64,000 bases of DNA from a virus (lineage: Duplodnaviria; Caudoviricetes). The notes below the pieces were generated by a model, which searched no databases, was not told the origin of the DNA, and saw only the letters and a program-made list of their open reading frames with translations. The stretch's first letter is position 1, and the number at the start of each line of letters is the position of its first letter. The translations under genes and the position numbers were made by a program. This document shows, piece after piece, positions 1 through 8,510 of the stretch. Where the stretch lies: IMG/VR virus record IMGVR_UViG_3300042013_000067, positions 1 to 64,000 of that record. One strand, 5' to 3'.

Positions 1-112
1 AAACCGTACTGATCGCATGGCGCAGAAGGTACTCGTTCATTTAGGCTACCTGTGAACAGAGGTGACAAATATTACTGGCATGCTTAGTTAAAGCTCATAA
101 CATCGGGTGTAA

Positions 113-148
113 GACATAAGCCCTCCCTTGTAGGGGAGGGCCATATGC
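113..148. terminator. CATA-hairpin-TATG palindromic element between convergent genes
   Basis: GACATAA-GCCCTCCC-TTGTAG-GGGAGGGC-CATATGC. Confidence 0.65.
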
Positions 149-164
149 TGTGTAGTGTGTGAAA

Positions 165-1085
165 TTATTTGAACTGTTCTGCGACTTGCAAGTAGACCAG
201 CTTCTTGAAGTCATCCTGTTCACGCTGTGTACCAGCACTCAGTGCACGCACGCCAATGGTGTATTTGCGATAGGACTTGTCGGCCAGTGCGACGTAAACC
301 ATAGCAACGAACGTGGGCAGATGTTCCAATGCCACGCCGATGTTTTCTCGGTTATTAACACCAGAGAATCCCGACGCTACCAAGGTCCAGATATCACCGG
401 CTTTAAGGTCACCCATGCGGATGATGTTCAGGCCAGTACTAACTTCCGTAGCCAGATCACTGAGTGTCTTCAGACTTTTGATGTTGTCCGCGATCTCACT
501 GATATGTCGGTAGTCGACACGGGTTACCCGATTAACGATCTTCACCACAGCCATGCGTGCTTCAGGGTCAGTGGCGATTGCCTCATCAGACATGGCCAAG
601 AAATAGAAAGCAGCCACGACCGAGATCTTCAGTTCGGCTGCTTCATCCAGGTTGTACTTACCGACCAACGCCCGTGTAATCCACTTGGTAAAGGTGATCA
701 GTGGGATATCACCCAAGCGGTCAAACACCGCCGGACCATCCTTCAACGCACGCAAAGTGAGTGCACCACGCACACACTGAAACATGAAGTCGTTTTCAGC
801 AGTTAGACGGTATGTGTCTGTACGGCGATCCAAGCGCATGAATGGTCGACCGTCCAAGACAAACTTGGGTTCCTGATCAGTTCCCAAATTAACGAATTGG
901 GTAAAGCCTTTGACGTCCTCGTGATCATCACTTGGTGTAACGAAGTGAAGATTCTTGACGATGTTGCCACCGGGTGTTTCCACCTCAGGGAAGGGGAGAT
1001 CGATCTGGGCCTTGGTGAGTTGATTGACAATTTTGTCAACCTGATACATCTGGCCTTGGGCGGTATCGTAAGGCATGAGTAACAT
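165..1085 (-). CDS. conserved jumbo-phage protein, probably virion structural
   Basis: 306-aa ORF with protein-like composition, divergent from tail sheath; function inferred from synteny only. Confidence 0.55.
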   Translation of the reverse strand: MLLMPYDTAQGQMYQVDKIVNQLTKAQIDLPFPEVETPGGNIVKNLHFVTPSDDHEDVKGFTQFVNLGTDQEPKFVLDGRPFMRLDRRTDTYRLTAENDFMFQCVRGALTLRALKDGPAVFDRLGDIPLITFTKWITRALVGKYNLDEAAELKISVVAAFYFLAMSDEAIATDPEARMAVVKIVNRVTRVDYRHISEIADNIKSLKTLSDLATEVSTGLNIIRMGDLKAGDIWTLVASGFSGVNNRENIGVALEHLPTFVAMVYVALADKSYRKYTIGVRALSAGTQREQDDFKKLVYLQVAEQFK

Positions 1086-1224
1086 GCTGCGACTCCATCA
1101 TGTGTCGACAAAAAATACATTTGATGCTGTATAGCGCAAATGCTGTTTAATATCTATGGATTGAATTGGGTTAATGCTCATAACATCGAGTCACAGTGCA
1201 CCACGCCCTCCTAGGAGAGAATAG

Positions 1225-3291
1225 ATGACAACCATCAACTCGACGCCGCGGATTGTCTACGGCGGCATCAACGACAAGTCCCGTGGGACTCCGTCGCGTG
1301 CACCAATCACGTATCCCCAGCACGCCCCGCTGTTGCGTCTGTGGTGTGAGACCGGTGACCACAAGACCACCTTTCTCGGTAACGAGAACAGTGACTTCAA
1401 CAGCATGTACGGTGCCAATACCTTGGCCCGCCGTGGTAAGTTCTTCAACCTGCAATCGCTGCTGGCAGAAACCCTGCTCGGCGCCGGCAACGGTTTCTTC
1501 GTTAAGCGTCTGATTCCAGCTGATGCCAAGAAGTCGCGTATGCTGGTCGGTCTGGAAATCGTCCGTGACGAGATCCCGGCTGTTCAAGAGCGTCTGTCGG
1601 GCTTCAACTACAATGGCCAGATCAACCCTGGTCAACCTGCGGTACTGCCACCAGTCGATGGCTACCGTGCGCGTGTGGTCCTGATGCCAGTTACTGGCGA
1701 ACCAGGCACCGCTACCGAAATCCCTGGCACCCTGCTGGCGGAAGTCGATGGTACTCAATCCACCATCTACCCGCTGTTCGAGCTGCCTGCTTCGTACTTC
1801 GGTGCAGCCGGTAACAACCTGGGTATCCGTATCTGGGCACCGAACGAAAAGACCAACGAAGTCTGGGACGAAGTCACCGCTGATACCTTCAAGACTCGCA
1901 TGTTCCGCATGCAGTTCATGCAGAAGGTGGCCAACACCAACATCCCGGCGATCGTCATGACCGCAATGGGTGAAGACTACGTCGATGTGTGCTTCACTGA
2001 AGGTGCGTACAGCGCATCGACAGATAAAGAGTACTACGCTGGCGACGTGTTGATCAAAGCGTACACCGACGACGGTATCGTGTCGGGCCTGGCTCCATTG
2101 ACTTCCCCGTTCAGCAAGATCTACATCTACGATGAACAGATCAAAGCAGTCCAGGACATGATCTACGCGCGTGAGCTCGCACTCAACCCTGCGGTCGCCG
2201 TAACCATCAGCCAGTCGAGCCAAATCGACTTCCTGACCGGCGCTAGCAACGATGGCGATCTGTACCAAGCGCTGTACCTGCTGGGTGCATTGGACGGCGG
2301 CATCACCTTGAGCGACGGTACTACCGTTTACGCTACCGGCGGTGAAGACGGCACCATGAACCACGCCAAGTACGAAGAACTGGTTACCGTCGAGAACACT
2401 GCGTTCGGTCAACTGGGCGACCTGTACGAAAACGTGCCGCTGTATCCATTCTCGCACATCTACGACACTGGTTTGTCGATGGATGGCAAGATCGCCATGA
2501 TGAACGTGCTCGGCCAACGCCGCGACCTCAAGGTCGTTTTCACCACCTACGTGGAAGCTGAAGGCCGGGCACCGACCCTGTCTGAAGAACTCTCCCGCGG
2601 TCAGGTGCTGATGACCCGTCTCAAGGCCTACCCTGAGTCGACCCTCTATGGCACCGGCATCTGCCGTGGCGAGGTGGTCTATCAGACGGGCGAGCTGATG
2701 GACGGCGGTTACAGCAAGCTGGTACCTCAGGTACTGGACTACGCTCAGAAGTGGGCGAACTTCGCTGGTGCCGGTACCGGCATCTTGCGCGATGGTGCTG
2801 ACATCGACGTGGACCCGAACAACGAAGTGTCGTTGATCAAGAACCTGAACGTGCCATTCTTCCCATCCCGTGCACAGTCCAGTGCTTGGGCGTCGGGTGG
2901 TACTTACTCGCTGACCTGCGATACTCGGACTAACTACTACCCTTGCGTTCGTTCGGTTTACCAGGACGAAACATCGGTGCTGCTGTCTCCGATCACCACC
3001 GGCATCGCCTGTGACGTTGTGCGTCTGATCCACAAGATCCACAAGAAGTTCTCGGGCAACAGCAAGCTGACCAAAGAACAGCTGATCGAGCGCTCTGATA
3101 AAGAGATCACGAAGTTGGTCGAAGGTCGTTACGCTGGCCGGGTTCAGATTCGCCCTGAGACTTACATCACGGCAGATGACGATAACAACGGGTTTACCTG
3201 GCACTGCAAAGTGCGGCTGTACGCGAACAACCCGCGTACCACCATGTTCTTCGAACTCGAAACCTACCGCATGGACGCTCTGGCTGCTTAA
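1225..3291 (+). CDS. tail sheath protein (phiKZ gp29-like)
   Basis: 688 aa, RBS AGGAG; N-terminal GIxDxS..P...PQHAP pattern and C-terminal sheath-like region; directly upstream of tube gene. Confidence 0.85.
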   Translation: MTTINSTPRIVYGGINDKSRGTPSRAPITYPQHAPLLRLWCETGDHKTTFLGNENSDFNSMYGANTLARRGKFFNLQSLLAETLLGAGNGFFVKRLIPADAKKSRMLVGLEIVRDEIPAVQERLSGFNYNGQINPGQPAVLPPVDGYRARVVLMPVTGEPGTATEIPGTLLAEVDGTQSTIYPLFELPASYFGAAGNNLGIRIWAPNEKTNEVWDEVTADTFKTRMFRMQFMQKVANTNIPAIVMTAMGEDYVDVCFTEGAYSASTDKEYYAGDVLIKAYTDDGIVSGLAPLTSPFSKIYIYDEQIKAVQDMIYARELALNPAVAVTISQSSQIDFLTGASNDGDLYQALYLLGALDGGITLSDGTTVYATGGEDGTMNHAKYEELVTVENTAFGQLGDLYENVPLYPFSHIYDTGLSMDGKIAMMNVLGQRRDLKVVFTTYVEAEGRAPTLSEELSRGQVLMTRLKAYPESTLYGTGICRGEVVYQTGELMDGGYSKLVPQVLDYAQKWANFAGAGTGILRDGADIDVDPNNEVSLIKNLNVPFFPSRAQSSAWASGGTYSLTCDTRTNYYPCVRSVYQDETSVLLSPITTGIACDVVRLIHKIHKKFSGNSKLTKEQLIERSDKEITKLVEGRYAGRVQIRPETYITADDDNNGFTWHCKVRLYANNPRTTMFFELETYRMDALAA

Positions 3292-3324
3292 GCAGCCAGT
3301 CGTTCTTTTAAAGGGTGATACTCA

Positions 3325-4191
3325 ATGGATCGTTACAGCAGTCCGTTCATCGGCCAGAATGGTTACGGTAAGGGCCAGTCCCCCGGCACTATCAACCTGG
3401 CTCAAGCCGGTACCCACACGTTGGCACCGGATCTGGCGAACATCGCCAGCAACACACCACTCGTACAACGGAACCTCGTGCCGTTCCTCATCGAAGCCCC
3501 GCGCTTCTTTGAATTCCTGCCGAACCGTGATCTGGCAGTTCGCTGCCTGAAAGCGTTCGTCGAGAAGCACACTCGGACCATCAACGGTCTGAACCAGCAA
3601 ATCTCGGTTGACACCGCCGATAACGCCTACGGCGGTTCCGGTGAGGTCATCAAGGTTGCGACCAACGTGACTCGTGCCCAGTCGAACCCAACCTTCGGTG
3701 GTTGGGAACTGCAAGGCCGCGCAGTAACCCGTTTCATCAAGTGGTGGATCCAGTACGGTATTGGTGATGAAAACACCAAGATCCCACTGGTGGTATCCGA
3801 TGGCAACGTGGCTGCTGCGGACTACGATGCATCGTTCTACGGAGCGACCATCCTGTTCGTCGAACCCGACGCGTCTTTCACCGAGCCGGTTTCGGCTTGG
3901 TTGGGTACCAACATGTTCCCTCTGGCGACTCCTCCATGGGAAGGTCGTAAAGATGCGGGTCAATTGGGTCAGAACCTGGAGTTCGATATCGAGTTCTCCA
4001 TGGTCAGCGACGTTTCTGTGGGTAGCATGATCTTCGCTCGCGAAATGATGCGCTCCCTGAACCTGCGCGGTATGAACCCGAACGATCGTCGTCTGTGGTT
4101 CACCGGCGTATCCGCCGACGTAAGTGCTGCGAAGAACGGTCTGCAACAGCAGCTCGTAGAAGGCGCAGCCGCTCGTCAGAACATTGGTTAA
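3325..4191 (+). CDS. tail tube protein (phiKZ gp30-like)
   Basis: 288 aa directly after sheath; size and synteny match phiKZ-type tube. Confidence 0.75.
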   Translation: MDRYSSPFIGQNGYGKGQSPGTINLAQAGTHTLAPDLANIASNTPLVQRNLVPFLIEAPRFFEFLPNRDLAVRCLKAFVEKHTRTINGLNQQISVDTADNAYGGSGEVIKVATNVTRAQSNPTFGGWELQGRAVTRFIKWWIQYGIGDENTKIPLVVSDGNVAAADYDASFYGATILFVEPDASFTEPVSAWLGTNMFPLATPPWEGRKDAGQLGQNLEFDIEFSMVSDVSVGSMIFAREMMRSLNLRGMNPNDRRLWFTGVSADVSAAKNGLQQQLVEGAAARQNIG

Positions 4192-4201
4192 GGGGTAACC
4201 C

Positions 4202-4378
4202 ATGGCAACCGCACAAAACCAAACAACTACCGGCAAAACCGGGACTACAGCCCAAGCTCAGGCAACTGAGCGGAAAGCCCAGGGTCAACTGGTGTCCACG
4301 GGGGTAGCGGCTGCCACCAATGGTCTCGCCGGTGGTCTGGAAGCCTCTGCTAAAGAACGCGTCCAGTACAACCAGTAA
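4202..4378 (+). CDS. 58-aa Thr/Gln/Ala-rich small protein (not in ORF track)
   Basis: AAGGGG RBS, ATG 4202, MATAQNQTTTGK...RVQYNQ*, fills gap between tube gene and hairpin. Confidence 0.65.
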   Translation: MATAQNQTTTGKTGTTAQAQATERKAQGQLVSTGVAAATNGLAGGLEASAKERVQYNQ

Positions 4379-4380
4379 AA

Positions 4381-4417
4381 ACATACGGCCCTCCTCTCTA
4401 TGAGGAGGGTCTATGTC
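4381..4417. terminator. CATA-hairpin-TATG element
   Basis: ACATACGG-CCCTCCTC-TCTAT-GAGGAGGG-TCTATGTC. Confidence 0.65.
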
Positions 4418-4441
4418 CGTCTAGTGCAAATAAACATGGGT

Positions 4442-4450
4442 CTATATCAC
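4442..4450 (+). promoter_or_regulatory. candidate early (virion RNAP) promoter CTATATCAC
   Basis: motif recurs 8 times upstream of + strand genes; resembles phiKZ early promoter TATATTAC. Confidence 0.65.
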
Positions 4451-4489
4451 TGGGATGAATACCTAACCTAATCCTTCAGGGAATAAAAA

Positions 4490-4762
4490 ATGATTAAGCC
4501 ATTCGCTATAGTTAGCTTGGTAATGCTCGCAGGTTGCGCACATGCCAATAACTACGAAGAGATGTATCGCAACAGTTACGTGGCTGATTGCCGCGGTTAT
4601 GTCTGTACCGATCCAGACACCGGTGAAACTTACGACCTGCCTCGCAATGAACCACCGCGCAATGGTTCTGTCATTAACTTCTCTCGGGTTTACACCATCG
4701 AGCAAATAAAGGCAGCCATGCCGTACATTCTTAAACGATACCGTGGGGAGCATCATGAATAA
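4490..4762 (+). CDS. small predicted lipoprotein
   Basis: MIK + hydrophobic stretch + lipobox LAGC. Confidence 0.6.
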   Translation: MIKPFAIVSLVMLAGCAHANNYEEMYRNSYVADCRGYVCTDPDTGETYDLPRNEPPRNGSVINFSRVYTIEQIKAAMPYILKRYRGEHHE

Positions 4763-5402
4763 GGTCAGTCAACTAATGCCTACCCATGTGGACGGTGTTG
4801 ACAGTTTGGGGAACACCTTTAGGATCCACCTAGTCGGTTTTATGCCGACTGGTTTGGATGAGTTGGCACACTTACCTAACCTGTACCTACACGACGCAGC
4901 AACCAACTATCACTTCTTTGTGCGCCTAGAGTTCACAGGTGATGTTGCGGCTGCACGTAACCAGCTGAGTCATTACGACTTTGACATCGTCGTGGAAATG
5001 TACACTGAACTCGTAGCGCTGTACGTACGTCAAGGTGGGATCCATGTACCAGACGGTGCGCGTATCTCTGATGTCGAACAGTTGATGAGGATGTTCTACG
5101 CCATGGGTGTTACACATTCCTTAGGCTGGTTGTACCGTGGGGCCTCCCAAAGCTTTATCTTCGAAGTGGGTGTTGTATTTTTTCATGTCTACGAAGGTGA
5201 CCCTACCCCGCAATCCTTTTCGGTGTTCGTTGATGGCGTACGGCATCAGTGTGAGGTACTGGCCAGTCCCACTAAGATCAAACTCGATCCTTGGGCACTG
5301 TTCGAGATAAAACCACAGTTGTTTATCCAACTGGAGGATTGGTTCAACGACGTGGTTAACAAGTCGCGTTACATCAAAGCCTCGTTTAAGATACCGCACT
5401 AG
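4755..5402 (+). CDS. hypothetical protein
   Basis: GGGGAG RBS before ATG 4755; overlaps upstream stop; ends before hairpin. Confidence 0.6.
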   Translation: MNKVSQLMPTHVDGVDSLGNTFRIHLVGFMPTGLDELAHLPNLYLHDAATNYHFFVRLEFTGDVAAARNQLSHYDFDIVVEMYTELVALYVRQGGIHVPDGARISDVEQLMRMFYAMGVTHSLGWLYRGASQSFIFEVGVVFFHVYEGDPTPQSFSVFVDGVRHQCEVLASPTKIKLDPWALFEIKPQLFIQLEDWFNDVVNKSRYIKASFKIPH

Positions 5403-5404
5403 AC

Positions 5405-5440
5405 GACATAAGGGGAGGCGATGCCTCCCCAGTCTTTTTT
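5405..5440. terminator. hairpin terminator (CATA-hairpin-T tract)
   Basis: GACATAA-GGGGAGGC-GAT-GCCTCCCC-AGTCTTTTTT. Confidence 0.75.
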
Positions 5441-5486
5441 ATTTTGAGTAGTGGTCTTTTGTCATCGTTCTGAGCACCACGTAGAG
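5439..5486 (-). pseudogene. orphaned duplicate 3' end of the 6379-7611 gene (LYVVLRTMTKDHYSK*)
   Basis: aligns codon-for-codon with LYIVLRTLTQSHYGR* at 6426-6379; shared 12-mer CGTTCTGAGCAC at 5466 and 6406. Confidence 0.8.
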
Positions 5487-5498
5487 ACTTTTTAAAGA

Positions 5499-5507
5499 CT
5501 ATATCAC
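5499..5507 (+). promoter_or_regulatory. candidate early promoter for HNH gene
   Basis: TTTAAAGA-CTATATCAC. Confidence 0.65.
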
Positions 5508-5534
5508 GGACATGGTAACACTGTGAGGTAAACC

Positions 5535-6338
5535 ATGACAACGAAGTTCATTGATATCACCGGATTTAAATTCGGTATGCTGACTGTCTTGTACCGAGAG
5601 GACACACCGCCAGGCAAATGGGTTTGTCAGTGTGAGTGTGGCAATAAGCGTTCCTGTCTTAGCGGCACTTTACGACGGGGTCGTGCCACGTCATGTGGAT
5701 GCGGACGTCGTCCAGATATTGCTGGTCAGCGGTTTGGAAAGCTTATGGCATTACGTACCGCTGAAAGGGAGGGTCGAGCCCTACACTGGTTATGCATCTG
5801 TGACTGTGGTGAGGAAACCGTGGTTAGTGGTGATTGTTTACGTAATAACAGGACTGTATCTTGCGGCTGTTTCCAGCGTGAGAAGGCGGCTGAGATGTTT
5901 ACCACACATGGACTGAGTGGTAGCCGGGAATACAAAATCTGGAACTCAATGATCCAACGTTGCCAAAGTGACCATCCTAACTACGGAGGTCGTGGCATTA
6001 GCGTTTGTGATCGGTGGAAGAATTCCTTTGCTGCTTTCTACGAGGACATGGGCCCGCGTCCTAACGAAAGCTTAACCTTGGATCGTAAAGACAGCGACGG
6101 TGATTACGAACCTAGTAATTGCCGTTGGGCGGACAGGACCGTCCAGTCTGTGAACCAAGGTATTTCCATTTCTAACAAAACCGGTGTTAGGGGTGTCAGC
6201 ATAACCAACACTGGTAAATTCCTAGCCGAACTTAGGTTACACGGTGAAACGAAACTCAAGCAGCAATTCGACACATTGGAAGAAGCAACCGAAGCTAGAC
6301 GTAAAGCTGAAGTGCTTCACCATCATCCCCTACTGTGA
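5535..6338 (+). CDS. HNH homing endonuclease with two N-terminal Cys-rich repeats and C-terminal AP2 domain
   Basis: two D.xG.xFG.L...W.CxCxCG...SCGC repeats; LDRKDSDGDYEPSNCRWA nuclease core; NKTGVRGVS...FDTLEEA..AR..AE AP2 motif. Confidence 0.85.
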   Translation: MTTKFIDITGFKFGMLTVLYREDTPPGKWVCQCECGNKRSCLSGTLRRGRATSCGCGRRPDIAGQRFGKLMALRTAEREGRALHWLCICDCGEETVVSGDCLRNNRTVSCGCFQREKAAEMFTTHGLSGSREYKIWNSMIQRCQSDHPNYGGRGISVCDRWKNSFAAFYEDMGPRPNESLTLDRKDSDGDYEPSNCRWADRTVQSVNQGISISNKTGVRGVSITNTGKFLAELRLHGETKLKQQFDTLEEATEARRKAEVLHHHPLL

Positions 6339-6380
6339 CATAACGAGAGGAGGGCAGTGCCCTCCTCTCTATTATTTTTT
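6337..6380. terminator. hairpin terminator between convergent genes
   Basis: GACATAAC-GAGAGGAGGGC-AGT-GCCCTCCTCTC-TATTATTTTTT. Confidence 0.75.
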
Positions 6381-7611
6381 ATCGGCCGTAGTGTGACTGA
6401 GTGAGCGTTCTGAGCACGATGTACAGAAGTGTGCCTGTTCGAACCGCAGCAATCTGAGCTTCGTACTTATTACGGCCAGTAGCAGCACGCACCAGTTTCT
6501 CAGTTTCAGTTCGCAGCAACATTACCGATGGATCAGTCGATCGGGATGCCGTCAACAACGCTTTAAGCTTAGCCACGTTAGTAGCGAGGTCATTGCGCTG
6601 TACCGCTGGCACCCGGTTAACGTACAGGTGATCGAAGGCGTATAATAGCACTTCCTTAACGATCTCTTGCAGGTAACCTTGGTGCGGGGCAAAGTAGTTG
6701 TTGGACATGTATTTAAGCGTTGTGATCAGTAAAGGTTTCGGCATGGTATTCATGGCCGATCCTACGACGTCTACAAGCTCGTCTCGGACGAAGTTACGCT
6801 CTGAGGGTATGATGTTGTTGATGTAGCGCATAAAGCCCGCATAGCCGTTCTTACGGTCTTTGAGGACCAACTCCCCATCGGTGTTGATCGATGTATCAGA
6901 CGACGTCTTAACCCGCACCCCAGTATCACTGAAGTGTTTGTGGATCGCATAGATCTTCTTGATCAACTCACGGATACGCGATTGGGTATCGGTTACCGTA
7001 CGGATCAACATGCCGTCAGGGCTGTAGTCCTGCAGGCAGCGGTAGTAGATTGACTTCGAGCTAACGATATCTTCAGCACGTGCACGGATCAAATCACGCC
7101 ACGAACCATACTTACGGATGTCGAAGCGTCCGTTCAAGGCGAGGTATACCGCAGTAGCTACTTCCTTATCCGCTGGGTATTGGAAACGCTTAACCAGCAA
7201 AGAGGTAATGAAGCGATAGTGCAGGACCATGTACGCATGGACCATGGCTTCGTGGCGTAGAGACTGTGGCACGCCCGTTGCGGTCATCAGTCGATGGACG
7301 ATGTACGCTGGGGTATAGTTGAAGGCGTCTGACATGACGTTGAATTCGTGGTTGATCGATTCGATCTTACGAAAGTCTGCGATGAATAGATCTTCATCGA
7401 TTTCCAAGACTTCCTCATACCACGCATCACGGTCACTGTCGAAGAACTTAATTGGGTTTACACCCAACAGTACCCCACCGAAAAAGGCGGAGTGGTCTTC
7501 GTTACGGTTCATAAAACGGATGGAGTATTGAATCACCCGCTTACAGAAAGCTGCATCAAATTTTACGTGATCGAACTGTCGATCAAATACATCTTTAATC
7601 GTGGTTGCCAT
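6379..7611 (-). CDS. conserved Chimalliviridae protein, probably virion structural (phiKZ gp32 region)
   Basis: 410-aa ORF; synteny downstream of tube gene. Confidence 0.6.
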   Translation of the reverse strand: MATTIKDVFDRQFDHVKFDAAFCKRVIQYSIRFMNRNEDHSAFFGGVLLGVNPIKFFDSDRDAWYEEVLEIDEDLFIADFRKIESINHEFNVMSDAFNYTPAYIVHRLMTATGVPQSLRHEAMVHAYMVLHYRFITSLLVKRFQYPADKEVATAVYLALNGRFDIRKYGSWRDLIRARAEDIVSSKSIYYRCLQDYSPDGMLIRTVTDTQSRIRELIKKIYAIHKHFSDTGVRVKTSSDTSINTDGELVLKDRKNGYAGFMRYINNIIPSERNFVRDELVDVVGSAMNTMPKPLLITTLKYMSNNYFAPHQGYLQEIVKEVLLYAFDHLYVNRVPAVQRNDLATNVAKLKALLTASRSTDPSVMLLRTETEKLVRAATGRNKYEAQIAAVRTGTLLYIVLRTLTQSHYGR

Positions 7612-7715
7612 GACCCCGTCCGATATGGATTAAAAGTTCACAAGATTGAACACTCAAAAAGACTACAGACCTAGATTATGGTAATGAATACCAAACCCAT
7701 GTGTAAGGGACTATT

Positions 7716-8510
7716 ATGTCGGACAAAACAAAGCGGGTACTGCTAGCGTTGACGGGTGGGTTAGACTCCACCGCTATGTTGCTGAAGGCCATGCAGAAGA
7801 AGTATGAAGTCACCTACACTCACCTAGAGGGTGGTCAGCCGGCTACGCAGGTTAAGGCAGAGAAAGAAGCGATTGAAAAGATCATGCGCACAATGCACAA
7901 ACGCTTCCCGGATCAACCAGCCCCACGCTTTATCCGTAGCATGCTAAAGGTTGATGCTAGCCAGACGATGATGCCGGTTAAGCAACTACCGGCTTGGTTC
8001 ATGCATTTGGTCAGTATGGTTTCTAATACGTCGACTGATGAGTACTTTGACGAAGTACACCTTGGCTATGTGTTGAACGATGATGCGGCATATGCCTGCG
8101 TGCCTCTGGCGGCTGCCTTCGAGCATTTGTGCAAGGCTATCTACGGCCTCGAATTCAATCCGCCTAGGCTGGTGTTCCCTGTCTTGCGTTTTCGTAAAGG
8201 GGCTTTATTAGAGCTGATTGAGCAGTACAAACTCGAAGACGTAATCTCCTACTGCGAATTACCACAGTTGTATGACGAAGGCTGGCGTCCCTGCGGCTTA
8301 TGCGCCGCCTGTTACCGCCATCTGCGGATTAGGGCGGATTGGAAGAATGCGAATGACGCCAGATACTTAGGGCATCGGATGATCAACTACGATCAGCGCA
8401 CTAAACAGCAACCGGCAGAACTCGAAACGTCTACCATTGACGAGCTTCGCCGGTTGGCTGAAGCCGGTCCTATTGAACAACCTACCGTAACGGAGCTTCA
8501 GGATGAATAA
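7716..8510 (+). CDS. QueC-like PP-loop ATPase (7-cyano-7-deazaguanine synthase family)
   Basis: N-terminal LTGGLDST PP-loop; C-terminal YC...PCGLCAAC zinc site. Confidence 0.7.
   Translation: MSDKTKRVLLALTGGLDSTAMLLKAMQKKYEVTYTHLEGGQPATQVKAEKEAIEKIMRTMHKRFPDQPAPRFIRSMLKVDASQTMMPVKQLPAWFMHLVSMVSNTSTDEYFDEVHLGYVLNDDAAYACVPLAAAFEHLCKAIYGLEFNPPRLVFPVLRFRKGALLELIEQYKLEDVISYCELPQLYDEGWRPCGLCAACYRHLRIRADWKNANDARYLGHRMINYDQRTKQQPAELETSTIDELRRLAEAGPIEQPTVTELQDE

Larger units (their letters stand above)
5487..6426. mobile_element. freestanding homing endonuclease cassette flanked by duplicated gene end and terminator
   Basis: imperfect direct repeats 5405-5486 and 6337-6426 bracket promoter + HNH gene. 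Confidence 0.65.

Noticed and set aside
159-806. 215-aa plus-strand ORF
   Set aside because: Shadow of the 165-1085 minus-strand gene, which ends at a hairpin and reads as a real protein
1171-3204. 677-aa minus-strand ORF
   Set aside because: Antisense shadow of the tail sheath gene caused by codon bias; no RBS or recognisable motif
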